Shown here: one piece after another, positions 40,154 to 53,189 of the stretch | Position numbering within the stretch: the stretch's first letter is position 1 | Layout of the letters: each line of letters begins with the position of its first letter | Assembly: GCF_001194135.2 (NCBI RefSeq) | Contig: NC_068984.1 | Span: 57,104,642 to 57,168,641 of the forward strand | Length of the DNA stretch: 64,000 bases | Source of the DNA: Octopus bimaculoides | Lineage: Eukaryota | Direction: 5' to 3' | Program-made: the position numbers and the translations under genes | The notes under the pieces: model-generated | The model's database searches: none | What the model saw: the letters and a program-made list of their open reading frames with translations, nothing else | Told to the model about the DNA's origin: nothing

Positions 40154-40636
40154 ATCGAAATTGAACCAAATTCGATGACTGGCACCCATGCTAGTAGAGC
40201 GCTAACAGCACCATCCGGGCATGATCATTGCCAGAGCAGCTGTCTGGCTTCTGTGCCGGTGGCAGATAAAAAGCACCATTTGAGCGTGATCATTACCAGT
40301 GTCGTCTTACTGGCACTTGTGCCGGTGGTATGTGAAAAAACATTCGAGCAAGGTCATTGCCAGTGCCCCTGGACTGGCTCTTGTTCAGATGGTACGTAAA
40401 AAACACCATTTGAGCGTGGCCATTGCCAGTACCGCTTGACTGGCCCTCGTGCCAGTGGCATGTAAAAGCACCCACTACATTCTCGGAGTGGTTGGCATTA
40501 GGAAGGGCATCCAGATGTAGAAACTCTGCCAGATCAGATTGGAGCCTGGTGCAGCCATCTGGTTCGCTAATCCTCAGTCAAATCGTTCAACCCATGCTAG
40601 CATGGAAAGCGGACGTTAAACGATGATGATGATGAA
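40154..40636 (+). mobile_element. SINE family C with about 66-bp internal tandem units and (GAT)n tail
   Basis: Three to four diverged aaaaagcaccatttgagcgtg..attgccagt..actggc..gtgcc units; 3' end gcatggaaagcggacgttaaac(gat)n. Related pieces near 2162(-), 17600-17850(+), 20260(-), 37300(-), 44640(-) and 50080(-). Confidence 0.82.
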
Positions 40637-40763
40637 AAGAGTTAATTCTCATCAGAGCAGATTATTGAAATATTTGATCTATATAGACAATGCTGATAAA
40701 CTTTCTTACCTATTACTACAATAATCAGACTCATTGGCCGGAGTTTATCTACCTCCGACCAAC

Positions 40764-40823
40764 GAGTATGACGAGTTGCCTATACAGCTAAGTGTTTTAT
40801 AGGTACAAAATCAATGGTCACTC
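40764..40823 (+). ncRNA. Decayed type I hammerhead ribozyme motif
   Basis: Stem I GAGT/ACTC; core ATGACGA; stem II G(T)TGCCTATA..TATAGGTAC; AAAA (vs GAAA); stem III ATC-aat-GGT; C17 (GUC, cut after 40819). Confidence 0.55.
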
Positions 40824-41192
40824 TCTGACCGGCGATAATTAACAACCTTCTAAGTGTGTGTGTGTGTGTGTGTGTGCATGTAATATTATGATATATCTAA
40901 ATAAAATGATGAATCAATTTCTCTTTGACTTATGAAAGGGTCTTTTTTCTGCAGTCAAACTAATTATTAGTAATAGACTTCAGTATATTAATATTTAAAA
41001 ACTTGCTATGGGAAATTAGTTGCTTGACTGATATTAATAATTATGCAGTATATATAGCAAAACTTAAAACAGTAGGGTAAAAAATTGGATATTAATTAAT
41101 ATCAATTTAATACCAGGGAACAAGCACATTGAAAGAATCAAGGAGATTCAGAAAAAATATCTGAGATCTCAAAGGATTATTGTATATGTATA

Positions 41193-41567
41193 TATAAAGG
41201 AGACCACTAGGTGGACTATTAATGTGCTAGAAGAAGATCACATGTAATGCGTCTACTAAGACCGAATTGTTCTCAAAGAAAAATTTAGCGAAGCAACAAA
41301 ATGTATACAGGCAAGACAAGTGAAAATTACATAAATACATGCGATATCATCCATAGACCGGTTTCGAAATTAATGGTAAGGAAATATTAATTTCGAAACC
41401 GGTCTACGGATAATATTGTATGTATTTATGTAATTTTCACTTGTCTTGCCCGTATACGTTTTGTTGCTTCGCTAAATTTTTCTTTGAGAACAATTCGGTC
41501 TTAGTAGACGCATTACATGTGACCTTCTTCTAGCACATTAACAGTCCACCTAGTGGTCTCCTTTATA
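41193..41567. repeat. 375-bp fold-back palindrome (182-bp arms, 11-nt loop)
   Basis: Arms 41193-41374 and 41386-41567 match at 174/182 by manual comparison; all 8 differences are transitions; loop GGTAAGGAAAT. Confidence 0.95.
41375..41411 (+). ncRNA. Partial minimal hammerhead-like motif at the palindrome centre
   Basis: Stem II GAAAT-atta-ATTTC followed by GAAACCGGTC (minimal stem III with palindromic ACCGGT and GUC site). The CUGANGA core is degenerate (ATGGTAA) and the stem I 5' strand is missing at the inversion junction. Confidence 0.45.
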
Positions 41568-44255
41568 GCAAAACTTATACATTTCCATTTTGAAAAGTCT
41601 TGGTAAAACTTACCAATAATGGGTCCAATTAAATTTCATCAATTCTGAAAAGTGACATTAGTTATGAAATGAAATGTGATGTTCTTAATTAGTTTGTAAG
41701 CTTCAGTATACTGTAAAATGAATACCATATGTCTGTTTTAATATGTTGATTATAATAAGACATAATGCTCATAAGCAGTTATATTTTAGAAAATATAGCA
41801 TTGTTTGCAAGTTAGTCATTTGTGATACACAAAGCACTCTATGTAGTTTCTATATTATATTTCTTTTTCATAAATACTTTTTTTAAAATCTTATTTCTTA
41901 AAACTCTCCTTTTGTTTAAGATAAAAGTAACTGTTTTATTTTAACTCTTTTCTCCTGCTATAGCTGCTGCCACTGCCTATAGAGTACTTTGTACCTTTAG
42001 ATTGTCCCTCCTCAATAAAGATGTAAACACATTTGAGTTCAGTACATTTTTTTAAAGGGCTTTTAGTCCACCTGGAAGAGATTTATAATAGTCTCTAGGT
42101 AAGATTCTGAACTTAGGGGTTACAGAGCTGGAATAAGTATTGCAAGACATCCTATCCAATGCTTAACAGTTCTGCCAGTCCACCATCATGGACTGGTAAT
42201 ACGATAAGTTGTACTTTTCATACTAGGTAGGCATATTCTATAAATACTGCTTTGTCTTTTATTTACTGGTAATATTATATATTTATCTTGTCAACCATTA
42301 ACTGCAATTACTTGCATGCTAAAATTATTTAATGCATCAATCATTGATGGAAATAGAATGACCTCAATCAATCAAGTTAAAGTATGGTATAGGCCGTAGG
42401 TGGAATATAATATAGATTGCAGTTGTCTATAGATCTGCATTGTTCTCACTGGCCAGCATCCTATCCTGCTTGTCTTAACAACAGAATTCTGTGATGTTAA
42501 TCCTCAGTAACGTGTAACCATGCTTAATTAATAAATAACTGTCCATCTCCAGCAGTGCTGTGCACACAAGTAGCAGTACAGTTTTGTTTTAATTCATTGA
42601 AGGAGGACAACTGATTTTATTCAATGTTGTTATTTTGTTTATAAAGCATGGAAGACTGGGAAGTTTAGATGATCACACACACACACACACACACACATGC
42701 ATGCACACATAGGTTAACCGTTGTGTATATGCATATATAAAAGTTAACCTTTATATATATATATATATATATATATTAATTTTCTATTAATTTTTATAAA
42801 TATGATGATGACCAAATTTCTTATATCAATTTTTGGAACTATACCAGATGACTTTAAAATTGTTAAGATACCATATCAAATTAGAAAGGTCATTTCTAAA
42901 CTAACTTTGGAGGCAGTGCCCCACCCCAGCATGGCCACTGCCCTTGAGCTGGAACTAGTAGAAAAAAGTAACTGATATGTTATATTAAAATTTGATCAGT
43001 AAGTGTTGCTATGCTAGTGTGATGTAATTATGTTGTCATTAAGACCCAGGTCTGCCTTCAATAATTCAACCTATGATCAAAGGAGTTTTAACCATGATCA
43101 TCTTCTTCTCTCAAGATTTTCCTATCTATATAATATATCTCTCCTACAAAAAAGTAGGACATAATTTAAGGGAGATTTTGGTGCTATTTCTAGTTGGGTG
43201 AGGAACCTTATAGCAGTTACCTTTTTGACTCTAATTCATCATCATATGCCAAACTCAGTGTCAGAACTATAGCAACTACTTTCTTCCATTGTGATTCTAT
43301 TGGCAGTTAAACATCTTACATTTCTAGCAGTAAGGCTAGTCCACTTTTTGATGTTGTCAATCCAAGTAGTTCTCTGTCCTTGGAAAAAGCAACAACTTCT
43401 TTTCAGTCTGCCTTCAAGCCCTAATTATGTGTTGCTTAAATGTGGTTATCTCATCAAAATGGAGCCTTCATTTTCATCAGTATACAGGAAAATATCCTTA
43501 TATTGTTTAAAAGTTAAGTGTTAACTTTTATAAAGATATCAATTCTGTATGATATTCAACTATAATAATAATACTTGTGCTGCTGTCTATCTTTTATACC
43601 TTGTCACTTGGCAATCATTTTCAAAATATACATCATGCCTTTACTCTTGTTTTAAATGCTTGAGTAGAGAAGATGGTACCCCAGAACTTTGCCTGATACT
43701 TTATTTTATTGAATTCAGTACTAAATATCATAAGCCATACTCTCTGATGTTCTAACAATTGTGCCAATCCACCAACCAAGACTAGTGCTTTATTTTATCT
43801 ATTCTACCTTGCTTCCCTTATAGAAGGATGAAAGCCAAAGGAGGAATATAAACTCTGAATATTAAGAGATAGATGGTACTTTATCTTATGCTCTAATGAT
43901 TCTGTCAGTTCACTGCCCTAGCTTTCTGCAAATTAACAAGGTCTGTGATGTCAATCATCCGTTATAAACTTTGTTGTGCACATGCATATGTGTGCTGTTT
44001 TTCTCTCCTGCTAAGGTGTAATAGTCAGAGAAAGGTAGACAAGAACAAAAGGCAAATGATGTCATAGGTGAATCTGATGTAACAATAAAATTTAAAAAAT
44101 TTTTCCCTTTCAACTCTGATGTCTTTGAAATTTAAGCTGAAAAAAAAAAATCATTCTGACCAGTATTTCACATCTGGAAGGAAAAATATCGTCAATCAAT
44201 AACAAAAAAACATGCGCACATGCATGCATACATACATGCGTGCACGTACGCACAT

Positions 44256-44293
<38 letters not shown>

Positions 44294-44844
44294 GTTTTCC
44301 CCAAACTTTTTGTAACTTACAGTGAATAAGGAGCTAAAGAGGTTATGACATTCGTTAATGGTTTATATATAAACAATAATTTTAAAACGGAGATTGTTAC
44401 ATACATTGCAAATTAATACACATGTATCAGCATAGTGCATTACAGACAGTTGAGTTTTCTAAATGTTTTGGCATTTTCTGATTTGCCTCATAAATTTACA
44501 AGCATACTTGTAGGCCACATGTAGTACACAAATATACCTGGACACAGTGGTTGAAAACATCTGGTCTCAATAATAATTATTTACTAATTAATAAAATACT
44601 ACCCAATTAAAAGGTGCTGTGTTACTATCATCATTATCATCATCATCATCATTTAACGTCTGCTCTCCATTCTGGCATGGGTTGGATGGTTTGACAGGAG
44701 CTAGCCAGGCATGAACCTGTACTATATGTATATAGTTGTTGACCTCTAGATTAGTCCTTATTGAAAAGACCTTCGACCAAAGGCTTAGCAGCAGTTGTCA
44801 TTTTTTTTTTTTAATTCATAGGGTCTCTCCTACTATATAATTCA

Positions 44845-45076
44845 AAGTGTACTCTTCCACCACAACTTTCTCTCACTCTTTCTTCCTGTTTCTGTTGTGC
44901 CTGTAATTCAAAGGGTCAGCCTTGTCACACCGTGTCACGCTGATTATCCCCAAGAACTACGTTAAGGGTACACGTGTCTGTGGAGTGCTCAGCCACTTGC
45001 ACGTTAATTTCATGAGCAGGCTGTTCCATTGATCGGATCAACTGGAACCCTCGACGTCGTAAGCAACAGAGTGCCA
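44845..45076 (+). mobile_element. SINE family B 3' part
   Basis: ctctttcttcctgtttctgttgtgcctgta..gagtgcca matches 19960-20170. Confidence 0.82.
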
Positions 45077-45554
45077 ACAACCACCACAGCTCAACCATGT
45101 ATGAGTTTTTTTGTTTTTTTTTTTTGCTGGAGTGTTACTATCAGCATTTTACTATGAGGTGAATTGAGTGAACAAATCTTAAACATAAACAACTGTTATT
45201 TTAATTTGAGCCAAGAGATGTAGTTATCTGCAATGCACTAATGTCAAAGTGTGCACATGCATACTTTTGTGCATTTATAAAAATGTTTGTGGGAAAGAGA
45301 TACAGATAAATTGCTCATTAATGATATTGAAGTAATTCACTATAATTGATATTTTTCTATTCTCTTGGACTCAGTCTCTGAGTTGCAAGATTAAATGATT
45401 GAATTCATATTTGCTTGAATTTTGATTTGAAAATAAGAATTCTCCTTTCTCTCTCCCTCCCCTTCTCCCGTTTATCCCCCACTCTATCCTCACACACACT
45501 TTCTTCTCCTTCTCTCTTACACATTCTATCACTTTTCTGTTTCTTTTTATATTC

Positions 45555-45599
<45 letters not shown>

Positions 45600-46967
45600 T
45601 CTCCTGTTCCCTCATTTTCTTGCATTTGTCTTTTTATATTGAACTTCAATACTCATTAGCCAATTTATTCTTTATGAGTCTCTCCTTCTCTGTCTATCTA
45701 CCTCTGTCTGTCTCATTTTTTAGATTCAATGTTTATTTTCCTCAGCTAACTTCTACTACTTTCATTTGATTTTTTTTTTATCTTTATCTTCCTCTGCTTG
45801 TCATCTTCCATCTTTACACATCCTCTCTCTAAAGAAACAAATTAAATTAAAAATAAGTTATAAGAAACAACTTACTATTGAACTAAATCAGAACAAAAAT
45901 GGGTGCTTTAGTTGAAAATTTTTACTTCATATAGAAATTTTAAGTCATTATTATATCAGTATACTAGAAGAGGAAAATCAATATTTCTTTTCACCAGTGC
46001 TTTTACATTGCACACATACATGCATGTGTACATGCACACACACATGTATGTAATTTATATATTATTTAGTGAAAAGCACAATTCTGCTTTTCATTGTTGC
46101 ATGAACTTAGGCATACATTGATGTATTAGAAGTTATCAGCTGAGAAGATTGAACTTTCCATAATATAAACTGATTTAATATTATTGTGAGATAGCATCAA
46201 TTAGAGAAAGAAGTTGCAGACAAAGTAATTAATGAAAAATGCAATTCAAGGGACTGTTTATCTAATCACTTGACTTGCGTAATGTAGCACCAAATCAATT
46301 TTACCAAATTCTCTTAGGTTTTTTTTTTTAAATGGTGCCTGCATATTTTAAGTTCTAAATCTTAGGATGAGATACTCATGAATACAAAAAAAAAACCAAT
46401 TTTCATTTTCCTCAGCTAACTTGGTACCATAGGCCTACATTGATGAAATAATGTTCTCTACAGCATTAATATCTACAAGTTTCACATAGTACTTTTTTAT
46501 ACATAGTACATAACTAAACTCTCTCACTCATCATTCACTACAAATATAATAAGCAATAACCATTGGATATATTAACAAAGCTGTAATTTCGTTTAAGAGG
46601 TTGTGTTACTAATCATTCATCTGTTTTTTTCTCTTGTGGAAAGATTCAGTTTTATCACAGCAAATCAACTAAACAACAATGATTTCCAATTTATTTAATG
46701 TAGCACCAACTATCATGTAACTTCCCCTTTTGTCTTACCAATTCAACTTACAGGTGTATCATGTATAAATTGATTGTGTTTTGGACAAAGGAAACCTCAG
46801 ATCATTAACAAGATGTAAACTATTCAATTACCTTTTAACCACTACAGTTTCTCAACTTATAATGAAGTAATAATTTTGTCTTTTGCTCTGTGAATAGGTT
46901 AGTTAAAATAAATTATTGTTTCAAACTTTAGTTGCTAAACAAAGATGATTTAAGAAGTGAGAATGCC

Positions 46968-46999
<32 letters not shown>

Positions 47000-48384
47000 T
47001 GAGAGAGAGAGAAAGAGAACTGTTGGAGAGATCATATAGGAGACTGTTGAGTAATTAAGGACGTGAAGAGTTACTGTGATGCGGAAATCATTATGGGTTG
47101 TTTTCACACCTGATTGTACAGAAATCTATTATCCTGAATTACTGATTTACTAAGTCTGATGTCTGTTACTCAGAGAAGAAGCTATATATAATTGGTAAGG
47201 TAGTTTGCTGAGAGATTACAAAATATTAACTGAGTATGAGTTAAGGAGATGAAGGGATATTAGGAAGTTAGTGTTGGGTACAATCCAATTTGGATTTGTT
47301 CCAAACATAAAAATTATTATACAGACGGGTTAATTACCTATTTATCCCATGCACTAGTACAATAAATATTCATAGTCAGCAAATTTAACAGGGTATTAGT
47401 TTTATTAATTTAAATAGCTACAGCTGGATATTGAACCCAAATCACAAACTGGACATGGTACACATAATAGAATGGTTTATCTTTTGTGAGGTTAGCCGTA
47501 AAAGATGGTTAGATTGTGGATGAAAATGTATGTTACTCTAGCTTCTGCCTATAATATTCTTCATTTATCTGTTTCTGTTCTTTGACTTTTACCTTCAAAT
47601 AACTGTACCTTTTTGGAAGACCAATGCTGCAATCTCATAACTATGTAGAAAATGACCTATTTTCTGAGATAATACTTTAAGGGAAAAGCAACAATGTTAC
47701 TATTTTTTTCATTTCTTCCTCCCTTCTAATTTTGAGGGGCCGTGTCACATTATCATTTATTGGAGGGGTAAAAATTATGTCAGACTTAATGTCTTTTGCA
47801 GTATTTAGTTACATATATTTGATATTGTCTTCTGTTTCTCATTAATATATGTACCAGTAACAGACAGTATTTGATTTCACTGACTTCGTTCCTTACTCGT
47901 TTTTAGCCTTATACCAAAAGAAATCCTTATTTACCAAGTATTTGTTACCTTATATTTTTGAGTTCAATACCTCCTGGGGTGAGGGAGGTATTAGTTTGTC
48001 TAGAAGTGTTTGAATAGATATTACTCATTCGTTTTGTTTAGCTTTTTTTTTATCCATAGCTTAAACAGTTGAATACTCTTCCAATCTTGAATGTTTTACC
48101 TGTTTTTCAAGTAGTGATTTTTTTCATTTTAGTGGAAACCGAAATTACAAAGCTAGTGGATGAATTGTAAACAAATATGTTCCATCTCTTAAATCTTCCC
48201 ACAAGATGCCTCAAAATGAGACTAAACTCAAAACCAGGTGGTTGAGAAGTGAACTTTTAGCCCCGCACACACACACATACATGCAATTGTCACTTGGTTT
48301 ACATGGTAGATTGGTTCCACATTTCTCCATGCAAATTGAAATCATGTAAAACAAGGGAAATACATTTTTGATATTACTAATAAA

Positions 48385-48605
48385 ATGTGTAGGGTGGTGA
48401 GCTGGCAGAATTATTAGCACTCTGGGTAAAATGCTTTGCAGCATTTTGTCCATTTTCATGTTCTTAGATTAAATTCTACTGAGGTCACTTTGCCTTTTGT
48501 CCTTTTGAGGTCAATAAATAAGTACCAGTTGAATGCTGGAGTCAATGTAATTGACTTACTCTCTCCACCAAAATTGTTGGACTTGTACCAAAATTTGAAA
48601 CAATT
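48385..48605 (+). mobile_element. SINE family A copy
   Basis: ggtggtgagctggcagaattattagcac..gtaccaaaatttgaaac. Confidence 0.82.
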
Positions 48606-51600
48606 AGTAATAAAGTGTGTTTGTGTGTGTGTGTGTGTGTATACGTGCACTTGCGCACGCATACACTGTCAAGTAATGTTGTTTGGCAATTTTCTGACAT
48701 ATGGACAAAGCAGATGTCATAGAATTAATTAAACAGTAATTAAGATAGTTACTAATTTTTCCTATAAATGCAGTCAAAGATGAAATAATATTTCTCCAGA
48801 TACTAAATATTAATTAGCTCTTTATGAGAAAATTCTTTACATAAAAGATATTCAGATAGATTCTTGGTGAAATTTGGGTAGGTCAGTAAAAGGAAATAAC
48901 TTAGGAAATATTGCTTTCGTGACTTCTGCTTCCTGTAACATCTTTTAACTATGTACTTATATTTCGTTTCTGTAATCTTTATTTTCTGATTTATCCCTTT
49001 TTATGTGTGTGTATGATGATATTGTTTATAGCATTTTACACTTGTATTTTTGAATCTGTTAATTGATGACCTGTATCTGTTTACTTGTCATTCTCAGTAT
49101 TTAGGTTAGCTTAGCTTCTTTTGCAGTTATAGATACCCTGTTTATTCCTCTGACTTATCAACAAGCTTTCAAGGATTAAAACTGTTTCTATAGGTTTTCA
49201 GTTTGTTGTGTCTTTATAACTACAAGGAGATCATTAGTGAAATTTGTTTCTGTGTATCTTAGAGAGTAAGAAACAGAAAATAAACTTTTAATTTTGCAAA
49301 AACTCTCTGCATGTTACTTGGTTAAGAAAGAAATAACAATAGCATACAACAAATATATCCTCTATTTAAACATGACTCAACCAGCTACAGGTAAGTTTCA
49401 GCAGTTTTTGATTGGAAGGTAAGTTCAACTCAGTTTGAAATAACAGGCTGTACAGTCTGTCATATTGTTTTGGATTGCATGGAATGCAGCATGAATTTGG
49501 ATATGTTACGTGAAGTGAGTGAATCTTTGACAATCAACTGGATGGTCATTTTCTGGATGGATGCAGTTTAGAATATGTATGTATGTGTTGATTTGTAATC
49601 AGTACTGTGTAGAATAATTTGTACTCATACTTTATAGAAAGATCAGTAACTGTTCTGGGCTGACATAGAGTGTCTCTTGTGATGCAGTTTTGACAGTGAA
49701 AGCTTGTTAGAAATTGTGAAGACTAACATTTGTAGAAAGTTTAAGGATTTTGGTTACATATTGTTCATGGTTAGGGAAGTGTAGGATTGTTTCTTTCATA
49801 TATAATGTGACTGTAACTTGATCTTCTTGAAGGAGGTGAGGTTGTTAAGCTACCATATGACAATAGTTGATGCAATAAGTTTATCATTGGCAAGACCTAC
49901 TTTTGCAAAGGCCACATGAATTTGATTGCTGTATGACAGTAGCTGATACACTTCCTGTCTAAGTAGTCTTTTAATTCAAGTATTTTTGTCCCTCTAGATC
50001 TATGATCTACAGATGTAGTGGTGTGTGTGTTCAGCATCTTTTATGAGGAAGAGAGCTTGGTTTCACATTTTGTTACTTCATCATCATCATCATTTAACAT
50101 CCGTTGTCCATGCTGGCATGGGTTGAGCAATAATTATTTGTTTGTGATAAAGTATGATTTGGTTTGATGTATATATTGTGGATTATAATGTATTATATAT
50201 TATTGAAGTATTGGTGAATGTTATCTAGTTCTTAGTTCTTATGTAGCTTATGATATTTGAAAGAAATCTTTCCTAGTGTTGACATAGTCTCAATGTGTCA
50301 AAACTATATTAAAATATTGAGTTTCTAGCCTAGTAGTAAACACAAAAACTCAAAAATAATTAACTTGATACAAATTTTAATTTAAACAAATAGATGTTTC
50401 TTATTTTCCCAAGTTATGGAATGTCTTTGAAAACCATTCCTCAAGTCTAGTTTTATGGTATGGAGCAAATGAATAAATAAATCTCTATTGGTCAAGACAC
50501 TAGTCTATTGTGGGCAATATTTCCAGAACCTGCACAGAGTGGCTATTTCCATAATGGATAATTTTTAATTTGATTACAAACAAGATGTATGAAGTAATTA
50601 TCTTCATAGCTCAAGTCTATGATTCATTTCTTTCCAGTTTCACTGGTTTACCTTCTTTGCTTTAAAGAATGTAATTTATGTTTCTTCTTTTCAAACTCAT
50701 GTCATCTTATTGCAAACAACTTTCTCTCCTATTCTGTACTAGTCAAAATAAAGATCTTATGGTACCAACATACCTCTTGATTTTGTGTGTTGTATTTCTT
50801 ACATCTTAAGACTATCAGTTGTAATGTTGCTTAAAATATATTAAAAACTGGTTTATTTCCTCATTTGTTTTCTTTATTGTTTCTAATGACCACACAATCA
50901 AACTCTATTTGGAAATATAACAGTAGCTGCCATGGTTATCTTAGAGAAGGATGGAGTTTTACAGGAGTTTTAGAAGAGGTGGGTCTTGTGTAGTCTCAGG
51001 GTTACTGTGATTTAATAAACCTATGATGAAAGGCATTCCAGCCATCGTCATCCCACCTTTGTTTAAACTGTAGTAGTGTCTCCAAAGCTACATTATATGA
51101 GATGTACATGTCTTCTTTTATTTTTAAGACAATAGAATGTGATTTGAGGGAGATTAGGCTGCTATATTTATTAGGCAAGTGACCATTTAGAACAGCAGTT
51201 CTTAACATGGATGGCCGTGCCCCTTTATGAGCATTGTGAGCACACATAGGAGTGCAAATATCAAGGAGACATTTTGTATATACAGAGGTTGTGATTTTTT
51301 TAGAATTAAAATATTTAAACCAGGAACACTACTTTAGTTTCAAACACATTTTGAAAAAAAATGTTGAAATTAGAATATGAGTAGGACAATAAGTAGAAAA
51401 ATGACAGATGATGCATAAGATCCAATATAATTTCATTATATAAGTTTTTGCCTTCTTTAGTAATTTACATAAGAATTTAACACAGAGACACTATTCAAAG
51501 CATTATCTGCAAAGAGGTATATACTGGACAGGATAATATGAGAAAATATGGATTATAAACCACTGTGCAAAATTAGCTTTTTTTTCGATTAAAATAATCT

Positions 51601-52184
51601 GCTTTCTTTTTGGCAAGGTGGAGAAAGTGAAGTCAAATATAAGGAGGAGGTATTTATAAAAGGCCATTTAATGAAAGGGGTACTGAGGCCCGAATGGTTG
51701 AGAATCACTAACATAAAGGCTGCTATTTCCCACAGATAAGGAAGTTAGTTGACTATGTAGAAGTCCCTATGATGGCTTATGCTTGCTGTTTTCATGAAGG
51801 AACGACTGCAATTATTTTTTGAAGATGTAGTTATAGCAAAGTTGACTTGTTGATGGTAAAGATATTTCTTGCTGGTGAACAAAATGACAAGGATAAAAAT
51901 TTTTAAGAAATGTTAACTGTCTTTTAATATTCAAATTAATCATGAGTCATTTATAATAATAAAAAAAAAAATTGTGCTAGCTTTTGTTTTCGTTTTCAAA
52001 ATAGTTCCATTTCAAAATATTTTAAGAGCACAAGTGATATAAAATCAAAGCCAATATTGTATTTTTAACCCTCTTATTTTATTATTAGATTTCTTGTTGC
52101 TCTTTGGAGTTTATATACACATAGGTTGATATGTACATCAATTCAAGTACTATCTTCTGAAGTATGCAACTGCATAATGGTTAT

Positions 52185-52300
52185 ATTATTATTATTATTA
52201 TTATTATTACTATTATTAATCAGGTCGCTGCCGTGAATCGAACTCGGAACCTTGGGGTTAGTAGCCTGTGCTCTTAACCACTACACCATATGCCTGTGGT
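52185..52300 (-). mobile_element. Short tRNA-like SINE with (AAT)n tail
   Basis: Minus strand ggcatatggtgtagtggttaagagc..ctactaa..ggttccgagttcgattcac..gacctg, then (AAT)n; A and B boxes are clear. Confidence 0.7.
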
Positions 52301-52855
52301 GCATAACCCCAAGGTGCATAATGGTTGTTTAACATGATTTGAGGTTCTGATGTAATTTGATGATATTAGGTGACTTTCAAACCATTGATAAAATTTGGCC
52401 AGGAAACCTTATATGCACAATCACAAAAAGTAGATAAAGCATCTGTCTGAAAAATAGAGGAAATATAGAAAAACCTAAGCGAACATGAAAGAAAAATGCT
52501 TTCTCTCTCTGATAAAAGTAAAATGTAAATGAATTTCCATTGGTTTCAATGATGAATATTCTAGTTCTCAATCAACTAAATTACCTACAAGTGCATGGTG
52601 ATTATTAAGTGTGACTAAATTATCTCCATATCCTTGTACCCTTAACATAATTCTCAGGAAATTTCAATTATTGTCAATTAAAGTCCATCTTATGGGCTTC
52701 TGAAGTTTCCATCAACCTAAATTTCAGAAGACACTTGTGCAAGATCCCATATATTGGGATCAAATCCTGGACCCTCATGATTAGACTTTTTAACCACTCA
52801 GCTGTACTTCTATCCATACATATCTCTCTCTCTCTCACACACACATGCACACACA

Positions 52856-52858
<3 letters not shown>

Positions 52859-52904
<46 letters not shown>
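52859..52904. repeat. (TA)n microsatellite
   Basis: Direct reading. Confidence 0.97.
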
Positions 52905-52908
<4 letters not shown>

Positions 52909-52957
52909 CAAAGTGTGTGTATGCATATGCATGCTCTTATTTAGCTTCAGATCATCC

Positions 52958-53177
52958 NNNNNNNNNNNNNNNNNNNNNNNNNNNNNNNNNNNNNNNNNNN
53001 NNNNNNNNNNNNNNNNNNNNNNNNNNNNNNNNNNNNNNNNNNNNNNNNNNNNNNNNNNNNNNNNNNNNNNNNNNNNNNNNNNNNNNNNNNNNNNNNNNNN
53101 NNNNNNNNNNNNNNNNNNNNNNNNNNNNNNNNNNNNNNNNNNNNNNNNNNNNNNNNNNNNNNNNNNNNNNNNNNNNN
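52958..53177. other. Assembly gap (220 N)
   Basis: N run. Confidence 1.
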
Positions 53178-53189
53178 ATATATACATAT

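Noticed and set aside
2333-48605. Strand flip of SINE A orientation around the candidate promoter (minus upstream, mostly plus downstream)
   Set aside because: The upstream copies belong to one or two tandem trains and are not independent, and several downstream copies are minus (near 36850, 42100, 43790).
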